Source: the human T2T-CHM13v2.0 reference genome, Homo sapiens. Taken from it: 64,000 bases of DNA. Positions within the stretch are counted from its first letter, which is position 1. Each line of letters opens with the position of its first letter. The translations under genes and the position numbers were made by a program. The DNA lies in NCBI RefSeq assembly GCF_009914755.1, contig NC_060938.1. The stretch is one strand, 5' to 3'. Below the pieces are notes generated by a model that did not search any database, was not told where the DNA came from, and saw only the letters and a list, made by a program, of their open reading frames with translations. This document shows, in pieces, positions 1-13,730 of the stretch.

Positions 1-717
1 TCTCCCAACTCACTTGTGTCCTATGTGAGGACAGGGGCCTATGCCAGGCAGGGCCAGTGACCAACTCATGGCTGCCTTTCAAAAAGTCCTTGTAAACACT
101 TAGAACTGTGTCTTCTAAAAGCCCAAATTGAAATGAATGAGCCCTCAAGAGTGCTCAGTCTTTGTTTGTATTTACAAATATTGTGTCAACATTGTCATTT
201 TAGAGTGTGAATTATAAAAAATGATTGTTAATTAAAAAACTAAAACAGGTAACATTCCTTTAGTGTTTCATGAGAAAGAACAGTTTCATGAGAAAGCCTC
301 GTCATTCCTGATATGTTTTTAGGCTATTTATATAAGTAGAGCCAAAGAATCTATAGATCCACAGAGTTGGAGAACCATTAAGAAAGGGGATAAAAGAATA
401 CAAAAGGGGCGTCACCTTTCAGGGATTAAAGTAAATCAGTTTTGAAATCTTGGCATAAAGCTTTATAACCCAGGTATTGACATATAAAATGTCATATTAT
501 GTTTTTATAGTCATATAATAGGTAATAAAAATACCCAGGCTGTCCCTGGCACATGGTAGGTGCTCAGCAGGGGTCTGTATCTCTAAATTGATTAAAAGGA
601 AATTAGGAATGAATAATGCTTTACATAACTCCCAAAATAAATACATCAAGCAGGATGTGGAGTTAGGGGGACAGACCCCAAAAAGATACAAGCAGAAACA
701 AATAAAACTAATTGTAT

Positions 718-1532
718 TGTAACTGTAATATTTTCATTGCCTGTTGCACACAGCAAGTCAGTATACTGAGACACTGGATTTGCAGCAGAGAAAGATGTTT
801 GATCATGAGGTCGCAGAACAAAGAGATGGGAAAAGACCTCAAATCCATCTCCCTGATGAGTTTGGGGCTAGGGTCTTTAAGGGCTTTGGAGTGGGCCAAA
901 GTATGGAGATTGTTGATTGGTTAAAGAGTACAGGGTAGGCTGGGCACGGTGGCTCATGCCTGTAATCCCAGCACTTTGGGAAGCTGAGGTGGGAGGATCA
1001 CCTGAGGTTGGGAGTTCAAGACCAGCCTGACCAACATGGAGAAACCCCATCTCTACTAAAAATACAAAAATAGCCCGGCGTGGTGGCGCGTGAATGTAAT
1101 CGCAGTTACTCAGGAGGCTGAGGCAGGAGAGTCACTTGAACTCAGGAGGTGGAGGTTGCGGTGAGCTGAGATTGCACCATTGCACCCCAGCCTGGGCAAC
1201 AAGAGCGAAACTCTGTCTCAAAAAAAAAAAAAAAAAAAAAAGAAAAGAAAGGAAAAAAAAAAGGGTACAGGGTAAAGTCATGGCACAGGGAGATGAAGAA
1301 GCTGTATTCTCATGCTGATCTTCCTCCTCTGTGAGGGTCTTCAAACTGGTTGCTGGAATTCAGGGTCTGAGAAACATCTTAAGCAATCTTTAACCAAAAG
1401 CCTATGATTCTAATGTCTGTAGGAAAAATCCTGTCTATAGGAAAAACGTGGATGCAAATTATTCTAGTTATAACTATATTTCTGTCCAGAATCCAGTGTG
1501 CAATTTCTGTCCACCTTGTGGGGGTGGTTTCA
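718..1532 (-). mobile_element. ERV1 solo LTR (LTR8/MER4-group-like), interrupted by an Alu
   Basis: TG...CA termini (tgtaact...ggtttca) with an exact 4-bp TSD GTAT (714-717/1533-1536). The ends resemble the LTR8 at 4522. Confidence 0.7.
938..1259 (+). mobile_element. AluSp-like
   Basis: Full dimer with ctgaccaacatggagaaacc and gcaacaagagcgaaact diagnostics. TSD aaag(a/g)gtacagggta. Confidence 0.9.
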
Positions 1533-1648
1533 GTATTACAAATGAACAACATAACCACACTGAAGGGTGAAGGGTTCCCCTTGACCCTCTGAAGATTTGC
1601 CCCCCCAAAAACAATCAACTTGCAAAAGGCAGATTAATATGAGAAAAG

Positions 1649-2300
1649 TATTACAGTAGGTAGTCAGGCAGACATGAGCAGGGCAGGAGAGGCCCCCATT
1701 TCCCAGGAACTACAGGCAACCATCAGGTGATGTTCAGGCAGTTGTTAATTTCTCAAATAATAAGTGGTTGCAGCCAGCACTGGGAAAGGCAGTCTCCCAA
1801 CTGATAGAAACACCTGAAACTGCTGATCAGCAGCTTCCCAATAAGATCTCAGGAATTGGGTGAGTGGGCTCACAGATGCAGATTAAGAGGGAAAATGGCA
1901 GAGTTCAACTGGTATATGACTTTCTAAGAACATAACACTGGTAAGGGAAGAATGCCTCAAGTGAGCATGCATACAACTCCAGTAAACATATGCCCCGCCC
2001 CAAGTGCTGGCAGGCCACCATGCAAACAAACAGCCCACCCCAAAAGAAGAATCAGGGGAAGAGTAATGCAGACCCTGGAAAATGCCAACATGTAAAACCC
2101 CAAGTCAAAAGTCAAAGTGTGCACTTGATCTCTCAAGTGGTCGGCCCTCTTCCAAGTGTACTTCCTTTCATTCTTGGTCTAAAGCTTTCTAATAATAAAC
2201 TTTCACCTCTGCTCTTGCCACCATCTCTCACTCTGTCTTATGCCCTTTGGTCAAATTCTTTCTTCTGAGGGGCAAGAATTGAGGTTCACTGCCGGTAACA
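1649..2300 (+). mobile_element. ERV1 solo LTR (MER50-like)
   Basis: tattacagtaggtagtcaggcagacatgagcagggcagg...gccggtaaca, with TSD AAAG (1645-1648/2301-2304) and an internal aataaa. Confidence 0.75.
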
Positions 2301-2304
2301 AAAG

Positions 2305-2594
2305 GGCAGGGCATGGTGGCTCATGCCTGTAGTCCTATCACTTCGGGAGGCTGAGGAGGGCGGATTGCTTGAGCTTATGAGTTCAAGACCAGCCTGGGAA
2401 ACATGGTGAAACCCTGTCTCTAAAAAAAAACACAACAATAATAAAGTTGGGCATGGTGGCATGCCCCTGTCGTCCCAGCTACTCCGGTGGCTGAGGATTG
2501 CTCGAGCCCAGGAGGTTGAAGATGTAGTGAGCTGTAGTCATGCCACTGCACTCCAGCCCAAGTGACAGAGCAAGACTGGGTCTTAAAAAAAAAA
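2305..2594 (+). mobile_element. AluJ
   Basis: Dimer with J-type gattgcttgag and cagcctggg, a small right-arm deletion and an A tail. Confidence 0.85.
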
Positions 2595-2667
2595 ATTAAG
2601 AGAAAAGGCATACAAATTTATTTAGCATGTATACATGGGAGCCTTTAGACTGAAGACCTAACCCCCT

Positions 2668-3042
2668 TGTATTAGTCCGTTTTCACACTGCTATAAAAAA
2701 CTTCCCTGAGACTGGGTAATTTACAAAGGAAAGCGGTTTAATTGACTCACAGTTTCGTATGGCTGGGAGGCCTCAGTAAACTTACAATCATGGTGGGAGG
2801 TGAAAGGCAAGCAAGCACCATCTTCACAAGGTGGCAGGAGAAACAGCATGCATGCGTGCAAAGTGGGAAAGAGGCCCTTATAAAACAATCAGATCTTGTG
2901 AGAACACACTCCCTATCACGAGAACAGCATGGGGGAACTGCCCCCATGATCTAATCACCTTCCACCAAGTCCCTCCCTCAACACCTGGGGATTACAATTC
3001 CAGATAAGATTTGGGTGCCAAACACAGAGCCAAACCATATCA
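2668..3042 (-). mobile_element. MaLR LTR (THE1D/MSTA-like)
   Basis: tgtattagtcc...caaaccatatca. TSD cccct/ccccc. Confidence 0.85.
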
Positions 3043-3564
3043 CCCCCCAGTGAGATACAGAAGCTTATACATCATTTTAAGTTTACAGAAAGAATGTGTA
3101 CTCAGGGCATGGCCAAGAACAAGTTATGAAAGTAAATCAAATTTTAGCCATAAGACAGGTTATAGGAGAGAGAAACGAAGAGTCTTGGCTAGCAAAGGTC
3201 GTCTTGTTATGCAGATGAAACTTCACAGGTAGGAGTCATTAGAGATAATAGATGGTAAATGTTTCTTTCAGACCCTTAAAGGTGTCAGACTTAGTTAATC
3301 TTTCTTAGATCCGGATTGGAGAAGAGCTGACTGGATTAATGGAAATTCTCTACAGTTGAAAATTTCCACCACAGAAGACAGCTTTGCAGGACAACTTCAG
3401 TTGGCTGGCCCTGTGGCAGTCATCTCAAAAGATGTCAAAGAAATACATTTTAGGATAAAATATTTTGATTTCTTTCAAGGGGATGCAGAAAACATGAACT
3501 AACTTAGGTAACTTTGGGAAACAGCATTTTGACTGGATGCTATAAGGCTAAAATGGAAAGAAGG

Positions 3565-4118
3565 TGTGTCCGGAATAGGTTCCTTCCGGTGGGTTCTTGG
3601 TCTTGTTGACTTTAAGAATGAAGCCACGGACCCTCGCGGTGTTACAGTTCTTAAAGATGGTGTGTCTGGAGTTTGTTCCTTCAGATGCTCAGATGTGTCC
3701 AGAGTTTCTTCCTTCTGGTGGGTTCGTGGTCTCACTGACTTCAGGAGTGAAGCTGCAGACTTTCACAGTGAATGTTACAGCTCATAAAGGTAGTGTGGAC
3801 CCAAAGCGTAAGCAGCAGCAAGATTTATTGTGAGGAGCAAAAGAACGAAGCCACAACGTGGAAGGGGACCCGAGCATGTTGCCGCTGCTGGCTCGGGTGG
3901 CCAGCTTTTATTCCCTTATTCGGCCCCACCCACATCCTGCTGATTGGTCCATTTTACAGAGTGCTGATTGGTGTGTTTACAATCCTTTAGCTAGACACAG
4001 AGTGCTGATTAGTGCGATTTTACAGAATGCTTATTGGTGCATTTACAATCCTTTAGCTAGACACAAAAGTTCTCCAAGTCCCCATCTGACCCAGAAGCTC
4101 AGCTGGCTTCACCTCTCA
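3565..4118 (-). mobile_element. LTR12 (ERV9) solo LTR, short LTR12/LTR12F-type
   Basis: tgtgtccgga...cacctctca with gctgattggt/ctagacaca repeats. Exact TSD AAGG. Confidence 0.92.
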
Positions 4119-4521
4119 AAGGCACATGCATACTGTACTCTAGTTAATACATCTTTTTGTCAGTGTTGTTTAGCAATTTTGTAGTGAAACACTATTCTAG
4201 GACTGAACAAAAAAGTGACTATATTGTAGATAACAAAAGCCAAGTTTCTCACTGTTGGAAAAAGAAATTATATCTAAGAAAAGGGGACAGAATCGACCTT
4301 GTAGTGCTGGAATGGAATTGGAAGTATCAGTATGTACTCATGGTTTCTAATATGTACATATATAAGTTGATAAATAAATATAAATGGGTATATATGCATG
4401 AATTAGTATATAACATATATTTTCCTACTATGTCTGCTTAAACGTCCAGGGAACAATGATACTCTGTAGCAATGAGGACTCATATCTTGGTTTCTAAATC
4501 TCATTCTTTGACAAAAGAAAT

Positions 4522-5578
<1,057 letters not shown>

Positions 5579-5789
5579 AAATTATGGTTCCTTGTTTGAG
5601 AAATGATTGATTCTAAGGCTGGGGCACAAAAATACAAAATGAGCCTGGAGCATCTTACAGTATCAGAAAGTAAAGAAGTTCTAAAAATATAATAAAAAAG
5701 ATGAGGCAGTGTCAAAAAGAAGCCATCCTAAAAGAGCTCCCAACAGCTAAAGTGGACAATTTGAGCAACATAATAGGTAACAATAATAT

Positions 5790-6575
<786 letters not shown>

Positions 6576-8479
6576 GTTGTCAGTTGTCCAAATTAGGGGA
6601 AGCTGAATAAAGAAAATACTAGAACTCTGTATTATTTTTGTAATATTTTTATAAATTTAAAATTACTTTACAATAAAATATTAAGAAATATTAATGGGAT
6701 ACCTGGATATCAGTAGAATAAGCAGTAGGATGGGAGTCTATTACTCAAATCAGCCTCCCTAAGAATATTTTATTTTAAAACAGAATTTTATTTTAAAATA
6801 TTGGAGTATGAACCACTTTTATTCTTTTTCCTCTTAAAAACAGTAGAATATTTTGATTAAAATAAAAAAATGAAAAAGAACTATTAAAAATACCATTAAG
6901 AATAGAAGGTTTTAAGAATCAAAATAAAGATGAAAGATTCAACATCTAATACACAATATTTACCAGGCATTAGACATTTTTTTCATCTTTGTTGTAAAGA
7001 TGTTTGTCTTAAATGGTATAATGTATGTAAAAATGCTTTGAAAGACATAGAACATGCTATAAATATCACTTTCTTATAATCCTCATCTTCTTGTTCATGC
7101 AATCATTTACTAGAACTAATTTTGCTTAATTTTTAAGGTGTTGCAGAGAAAAATTATAGGAACCTTGGTTTAAGACAGAGCTGCCTGTCATATAGTAGCT
7201 GCACAATAAATATATATTTAGTAAATTGAATGAATGAACATGAATGAGTCTAGATTCTTTCACTTACTTGCTTTGTCATCTTTAGAAGTTGTTTAACCCA
7301 CTGAAGAGTTTTTTTTTTCTTATATATGAAACAAGGGTAATATCACCTGCTTTGAAGGGTTACTCCGAGGGTAAGTGATAGGAATGTCTGTCCTACGTCA
7401 GTGTCTGGCACTTAGTCATTGCCATAATCTTCATTCTCTTCATTGTCATTGTTATCCTTATCCTCAGTTTTTATTCTCTATTCTCTTCAGCTGCTTTCTT
7501 TCTTTCCCTTGGATTAAAATACTGTATCGCTCCATCTTCCCTTTGTCAAAAACCTTATCTGTGCTGTAAGGCCCCTCTCATGCAGTCTTTCTCCACCAAA
7601 TCCCATCATCTTTCATTCCTGCCTTTCCTGTGGTTTATGATGACATGCACAGATGCATGTATGTGTTTCTGTGTGAAGGTATATTTGACTTAATCCTCTT
7701 TTACACTGTAAATTCCTTGGGATACCATTTTTTTCTTATCCGTTAGTCTACCACCTGCCACATAGTAAATGTTAAACCATGAACCTGCAATGAAAGGCAG
7801 ACCATGTCTTTGTGACTTAGTATTATTTCTCCTGAGCTGACTCTTGTGTCAGGCATATAGTAGGCATTCAATCAATATGGGATTCAATAAATAGTAAGTA
7901 GCCAGTAGGCAAAAGTCTTTTGAATGTTGAATCATTTTTGTATCCTTTTTATTTGTTCAGAGCAACAGAGGGCATATTGCTGGACAGAGGGCTGTTCTAT
8001 CCCTCCTAATTTCTGTTAATATAAATTCATTCTTATATTATATATTATTGGAATATATTATATATATTATATTGGAACAGCTATGTTCACTATTGTCTGA
8101 AGAGCAATATTCAAATACCCCTGTGACTTAATCCTCACTTCCTACTCAGCTTCAATTCCCACCACACCTTGAACCTTAGCGTGCACCTCAAGTCCCAATT
8201 CATTGGATTGTTTACAAATTCCCGGAGAAACTCTGAACTCCTATTACATAAGCCTTGGCTCATGTGTTTCTTTTGTCTGGAACATTTTCCCTCCCATTCT
8301 TGCCTGACACCTTCTGGTCACCTTCGTAGGCAGCTTAAAGGGTACCTCAATGAATCCCTGATGTCCTTCTCTTCTTTCCTGTTCTGCAGCTAATTGCTTG
8401 TTGCTTTAACCAGCCTCTATTTTATCCTTACTTACTAATACAAGGCAGCTGTTTATTTGCTTATATCTTTTCTAGAATA

Positions 8480-8760
8480 GAGGTTCTTATACTTCAATGT
8501 ACATAGGAATCACCGAGACAACTTATCAAAAATGCAGATTCCTGAAATGCAGCCCCCACCTGGGCTTGTCACCATCACCGTGTTGGTCCAAGTGAAATTC
8601 AGGAGTTAATAATGAAGGTTCCCAGGGCCCATCTCAAATGCAGGGAATGAGGATCTCTGAGGAGAGGATCTTCATTTGTAACAAACATCTTTGAATTGCA
8701 CTTGGAGCAGTCCCAGGACAGCGATGAGCATGCTTGGTCACCAGAACCTCATGAAGTCTT
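8480..8760. mobile_element. MER5-like hAT fossil
   Basis: gttcttatactt...gaatcacc...aaaaatgcagattcctg motifs. Limits are approximate. Confidence 0.4.
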
Positions 8761-10045
8761 GCCCTTGTGGGCCTACAATCAATGAAAGGGACATATATGA
8801 ACATCTTTATGTCAAGCAACAAAATTACGACTCAGGTCTTTGCCAAGTGGAAAAGGATTTCCAAACACTTGAGGAGCGGAGGGAAGTCATTTTGTGGAGA
8901 AATGGGAGACAGGCCCCAAGCCCAAGTGAACCTCAGCCTCACTTCATTAGCAGAAGCTGCTGTGCATCTCCTGTCTCATTCTACTTAGAAAATAAGAGGA
9001 CTCATTCAGGTCACATGGTTAATAGGAAGGCTAATATAGGTGGCAGTAACTGATGATTTACTAGATCAAAGTCCTTTAAGCCAGGCAATAGAGATGACCC
9101 TTGCTTATTGATTATCATCCAATAGCTTTAATTTATCCTCAGTATCCTTGGGGACAGACAGAGATTGCTGGTTAGGAAAGGGGCTTTAAGAAGGTCGATA
9201 AGTTATTCTCGAAGAAGTTATAGGCATCAAGCCTGGGCATGCACCTTCCTTCCTTTCAAGTGCGCTTACAAGGAGAGGGGAAATGAAATGGGCTTCTAAT
9301 TATTTAAATTGGACCTACACTCTGCTGAGCAGTGCATTAGCTAGCATTCTTCCTCCATGCGAGCTGTCGGTTAGGCCAGGAGAAGGAGATTAAACATGTC
9401 AGCAATAGGTGTGGAAATAATTGGGGGCAGTAATTGGGAGAAATCCGGGCGCCTGATTGTGACTGCTGTCTAGTTCTCTCTTTCAAAATCTAAATTCACA
9501 TTAACGTGTTGATGACCTCATCCAAGCTGGATGGATGGAATTTATTAACAATAGAAATAATTACAAAAGGACTTGCATTTAAATAATCAAATGACAAGCC
9601 ACAACCTCAAAACACTCCTCTAGAGTTACAAAGTGAATACGATTCCTGTTTCTATACAAAAGCCCCTTATTTCTTAGTTTTAAAAAATGTATTTGTTATT
9701 CTTTCCCAGTTGTATTCAGGGGTAGTTCTCGTGTCTGCTTTTCCAATTTGGTAGCTTCGATTTACCCCACAGCTGGAATTTTTTGGGTGGCAACAAATAT
9801 CTTTACAGGTTGTTTGAGAATGTTTGGTATATTTTCCATTGTGTAGGTATTCAACAAAAGTTAGTTTAATCTGAATTTTATTTCCCTAAATAAAATTCTT
9901 TTTTTTAAGTTCAAAGATAATTAACTATTTATTCAAATACCAATGAATGTGTAGGTTGTGTGTGTGTAGGGGTGTAGTTTATGAACACACTAAGTGGAAA
10001 TTAGCAGTCATGAACGACCATTGATGTCTTAAATAAAAAAGTTTA

Positions 10046-10356
<311 letters not shown>

Positions 10357-10366
10357 ACATTACCAC

Positions 10367-10443
10367 ATATATAGTTATAAAAAAACTATATAAGCTATAT
10401 ATCTATACACACACACACACATACACACATATATATATATATA
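10367..10443. repeat. (TA)n/(CA)n microsatellite
   Basis: Seen directly. Confidence 0.8.
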
Positions 10444-10446
10444 AAA

Positions 10447-10716
10447 TTCTGTTGCCCAGGCTTGAGTGCAGTGGCGTGATCTTGGCTCATTTTAACTTCT
10501 GCATCCCATATTCGAGCGATTCTCCTGCCTCAGCCTCCTGAGTAGCTGGGATTACAGGTGCATGCCACCACACTCAGCTCATTTTTTTTGTATTTTTAGT
10601 AGAGACAGGGTTTCACCATGTTGGCCAGGCTGGTCTCGAACTCCTGACCTCAAGTGATCTGACCGCCTTGGCCTCCCAAAGTGCTGGGATTACAGGTGTA
10701 AGCCACTGGATCCAGC
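10447..10716 (-). mobile_element. AluS (tail lost)
   Basis: tctgttgcccaggc...gccactggatccagcc. Confidence 0.9.
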
Positions 10717-12060
10717 CTTTTCACTTCAAGGCTCAGAATTCTCCCCTTTTGAAATTTCGTTCAGTGAGGAAATTGATACCAATAATTTGCACTTTTAAAA
10801 GTATTTAAAATGATATCTAACATGAATTTAAAAATCTATCTTGTGTTATAGAAATTGAAGCATTTTGCATTCAAAAAGAGGCATTATTTTGGGGACTGGG
10901 AGAATCTTCCTAGCTAAAAGATTATGGAGGGTGTATTCGCCTATCTCACTTGTGGGCATGGTGCCCTTGCCTTTTTGGCGAAGGCAGGAAGGGAATATTT
11001 CAGCCTGATGCTAACAATGACGCTATCTTACATTGGCTTGGCACTCTCTAGTTATCTAAAGTTGAGTTTGCATCGATGATCTCATTAGAACCTTCCATCA
11101 GTCCTAGCAGGAAGTCAGGGCTAATATTTTAGCCTTGTTTGGCTGCAGAGGAAATGAGGTTCAGAGAGAGTGTGATTGGTCGAAAGTCGAATTGTGGAAC
11201 TGGGACTATGATCTTTCCAAAATAAGCCAGCCCTGCCCTCTTCTTCCTTCCTCTCTTGCTCCCTTTCTGCACTAAACCTCTACCACGTGCCATACAGTGT
11301 GCAGGCACCAGGAATTTCCATGAGCTTCCCTTGAACCTTGCATATAAAGCAAAGTTCCTCTGAAGGGACCTATAGTAAACTAAAGAGGAGTAAACACAAA
11401 ATCAATTAAGGGCACCAAAGTGTTAGAGAGACTGTGTTACAAATATTTACAGAAAGTAGTGTGAGAAGACAAGGGGAGTATTAATCAATTGCATATGGGA
11501 CTAAGGGAAGTGGGACAGTGATGCATTAGGAAAAGCTTCATGAGACAGTAAAGTTCCAGCAAAGTTTAAAGTAAGAACAGCCACCAGACAGACCTGGAAT
11601 TAGCCTTTTTGCAAAGTGCATTTCCATGAGAAACTGTGCAGGGGATACATGGCCAAATAATAGCATGCACTATGGTATATCGGAAATTCCTAATTCTTTT
11701 TGGGGATTTGAGTACCCCAGGAAGCCCTTCAAAAAGAAATGTTTAACTTTTGTGATCTAGCCAACATGTGGGATTATAGAGCTTTAAATACAAAATTTTA
11801 GAGAAAAACTAAGATTTTAAGTAACGTAATGTATTATGTAACTCTGGAAAGGACTAGCTTACAGCTTACGTCCACTTGCAGGCAGATCTTAGCAGGCTGC
11901 TGAGATTTGCCTGTGGAAAGTGCAAAAGTGAAGTGCAGTGGAGACCAGGCCCACTCAGATGGGTAATAAACCTTAAACCAGATAAACTAGAACACTGACA
12001 CTGTTGCTGTCTTACATATAAAACATTGAGCCAACCCAAGAAAGGGACTCACGGTCCAAA

Positions 12061-13730
12061 CGTGTCCGGAATTGGGTTCTTGGTCTTACTGACTTCAAGA
12101 ATAAAGCCGCGGACCCTTGCGTTGTTACAGTTCTTAAAGGCGGCATGTCCAGAGTTTGTTCCTTCTGATGTTGGGATGTGTTCCGAGTTTTTTCCTTCTG
12201 GTGGGTTCATGGTCTGGCTGGCTCAGGAGTGAAGCTGAAGACCTTGGCAGTGAGTGTTACAGCTCTTAAGGCTGCGTGTCTGGAGTTGTTCCTTCTTCCT
12301 GGTGGGTTCGTGGTCTTTGCTGGCTTCAGGAGTGAAGCTGCAGACCTTTGTGGTGAGTGTTACAGCTCATAAACACAGTGTAAACGCAGCGTGGACCCAA
12401 AGAGTGAGCAGCAGCAAGATTCATTGCAAAGAGCAAAAGAACTAAAGCTTCCACACTGGGGAAGGATACCCGAACAAGTTGCCACTGTTGGCTCACGCAG
12501 CCTGCTTTTATTATCTTATCTGGCCCCACCCACATCCTGCTGATTGGTCCATTTTACAGAGAGCCGATTGGTCTGTTTTACAGAGAGCTGATTGGTCCAT
12601 TTTGACAGGGTGCCGATTGGTGTGTTCACAATCCCTGAGCTAGACACAAAAGTTATCCACATCCCCACTAGATTAGCTAGATACAGAGTGTCCATTGGTG
12701 TATTTACAAACCCTGAGCTAGGCACAGGGTGCTGATTGGTGCATTTACAAACCTTGAGCTAGATGCAGAGTGCCAATTGGTGCATTCACAACCCCTTAGC
12801 TAGACATAAAGATTCTCCAAGTCCCCACCAGATTAGCTAGACACAAAGCGCTCATTGTTGCATTTACAAACCTTGAGCTAGACACAGAGTGCCCATTGGT
12901 GCATTCACAATCCCTTAGCTAGACATAAAGATTCTCCAAGTCCCCACCAGATTAGCTAGATACAGAGTGCCCATTGGTGCATCCACAAACCCCAAACTAG
13001 ACACAGGGTGCTGATTGGTGTTTACAAACCTTGAGCTAGACACAGAGTGCTGATTGGTGCACTCACAATCCCTTAGCTAGACACAAAGGTTTTCCAAGTC
13101 CCCACTAGACTCAGGAGCCCAGCTGGCCTCACCCAGTGGATCTTGCACAGTGCCACAGGTGGAGCTGCCCGCTAGTCTCCCGCCGTGCGCCCGCACTCCT
13201 CAGCCCTTAGGCGGTCGGCGGTGCTCCTCCGGGAGGCTCAGGCCGCGCAGGAGCCCACGGCGGGGCGGGGGAGACTCAGTTATGGCGGGCTGCAGGTCCC
13301 AAGCCCTGCCCAGCGGGGAGGCAGCTAAGGCCGGGCGAGAAATCGAGCGCAGCGCCGGTGGGCCAGCACTGCTGGGGGACCGGGCGCACCCTCCGCAGCT
13401 GCTGGCCTGGATGCTAAGCCCCTCACTGCCCGGGGCGGCAGGGCTGGCCGGCCGCTCCGAGTGCGGGGCCGCCAAGCCCACGCCCACCCGGAACTCTAGC
13501 TGGCCCGCAAGCGCCACGCGCAGCCCCGGTTCCCGCCCGTGCCTCTCCCTCCACACCTCCCCACAAGCCGAGGGAGCCAGCTCCGGCCTCGGCCAGCCCA
13601 GAGAAGGTCTCCCACGGTGCAGCGGCGGGCTGAAGGGCTCCTCAAGTGCGGCCAGAATGGGCGCCGAGGCCAAGGGGGCACCGAGAGCGAGCCAGGGCTG
13701 CGAGGGCCGCCATCACGCTGTCACCTCTCA
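12061..13730 (-). mobile_element. LTR12C-like (ERV9) solo LTR
   Basis: cgtgtccgga...tgtcacctctca, with U5 tandem repeats, about 11 CCAAT-containing U3 repeats (12540-13060) and a GC/CpG-rich U3 at 13150-13730. Confidence 0.93.

Larger units (their letters stand above)
1568..3477 (-). mobile_element. ERV1 solo LTR (MER34-like) hosting three nested insertions
   Basis: tgaaggg...tctttca with TSD AGGG (1564-1567/3478-3481). The reverse complement starts tgaaagaaatcaaaatattttatcctaaaat. Confidence 0.7.

Noticed and set aside
265-296. Short direct repeat gtttcatgagaaag x2 (similar case at about 5027-5052)
   Set aside because: Ordinary micro-duplication with no supporting context.
7170-8460. Scattered L2/MIR remnants (also about 14200-14600, 20150-21400, 22620-23950, 28000-28200, 39360-39720, 46730-46890)
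   Set aside because: Recognisable only by short motifs. The boundaries are too uncertain to list as individual features.
8691-9053. 120-aa ORF
   Set aside because: Non-ATG start, partly in a MER5-like fossil, with no recognisable domain or splice context.
12540-13100. Regularly spaced direct repeats resembling a CRISPR array (also 57560-58010)
   Set aside because: These are the known roughly 40-bp U3 enhancer repeats of LTR12, with no unique spacers, in a human context.
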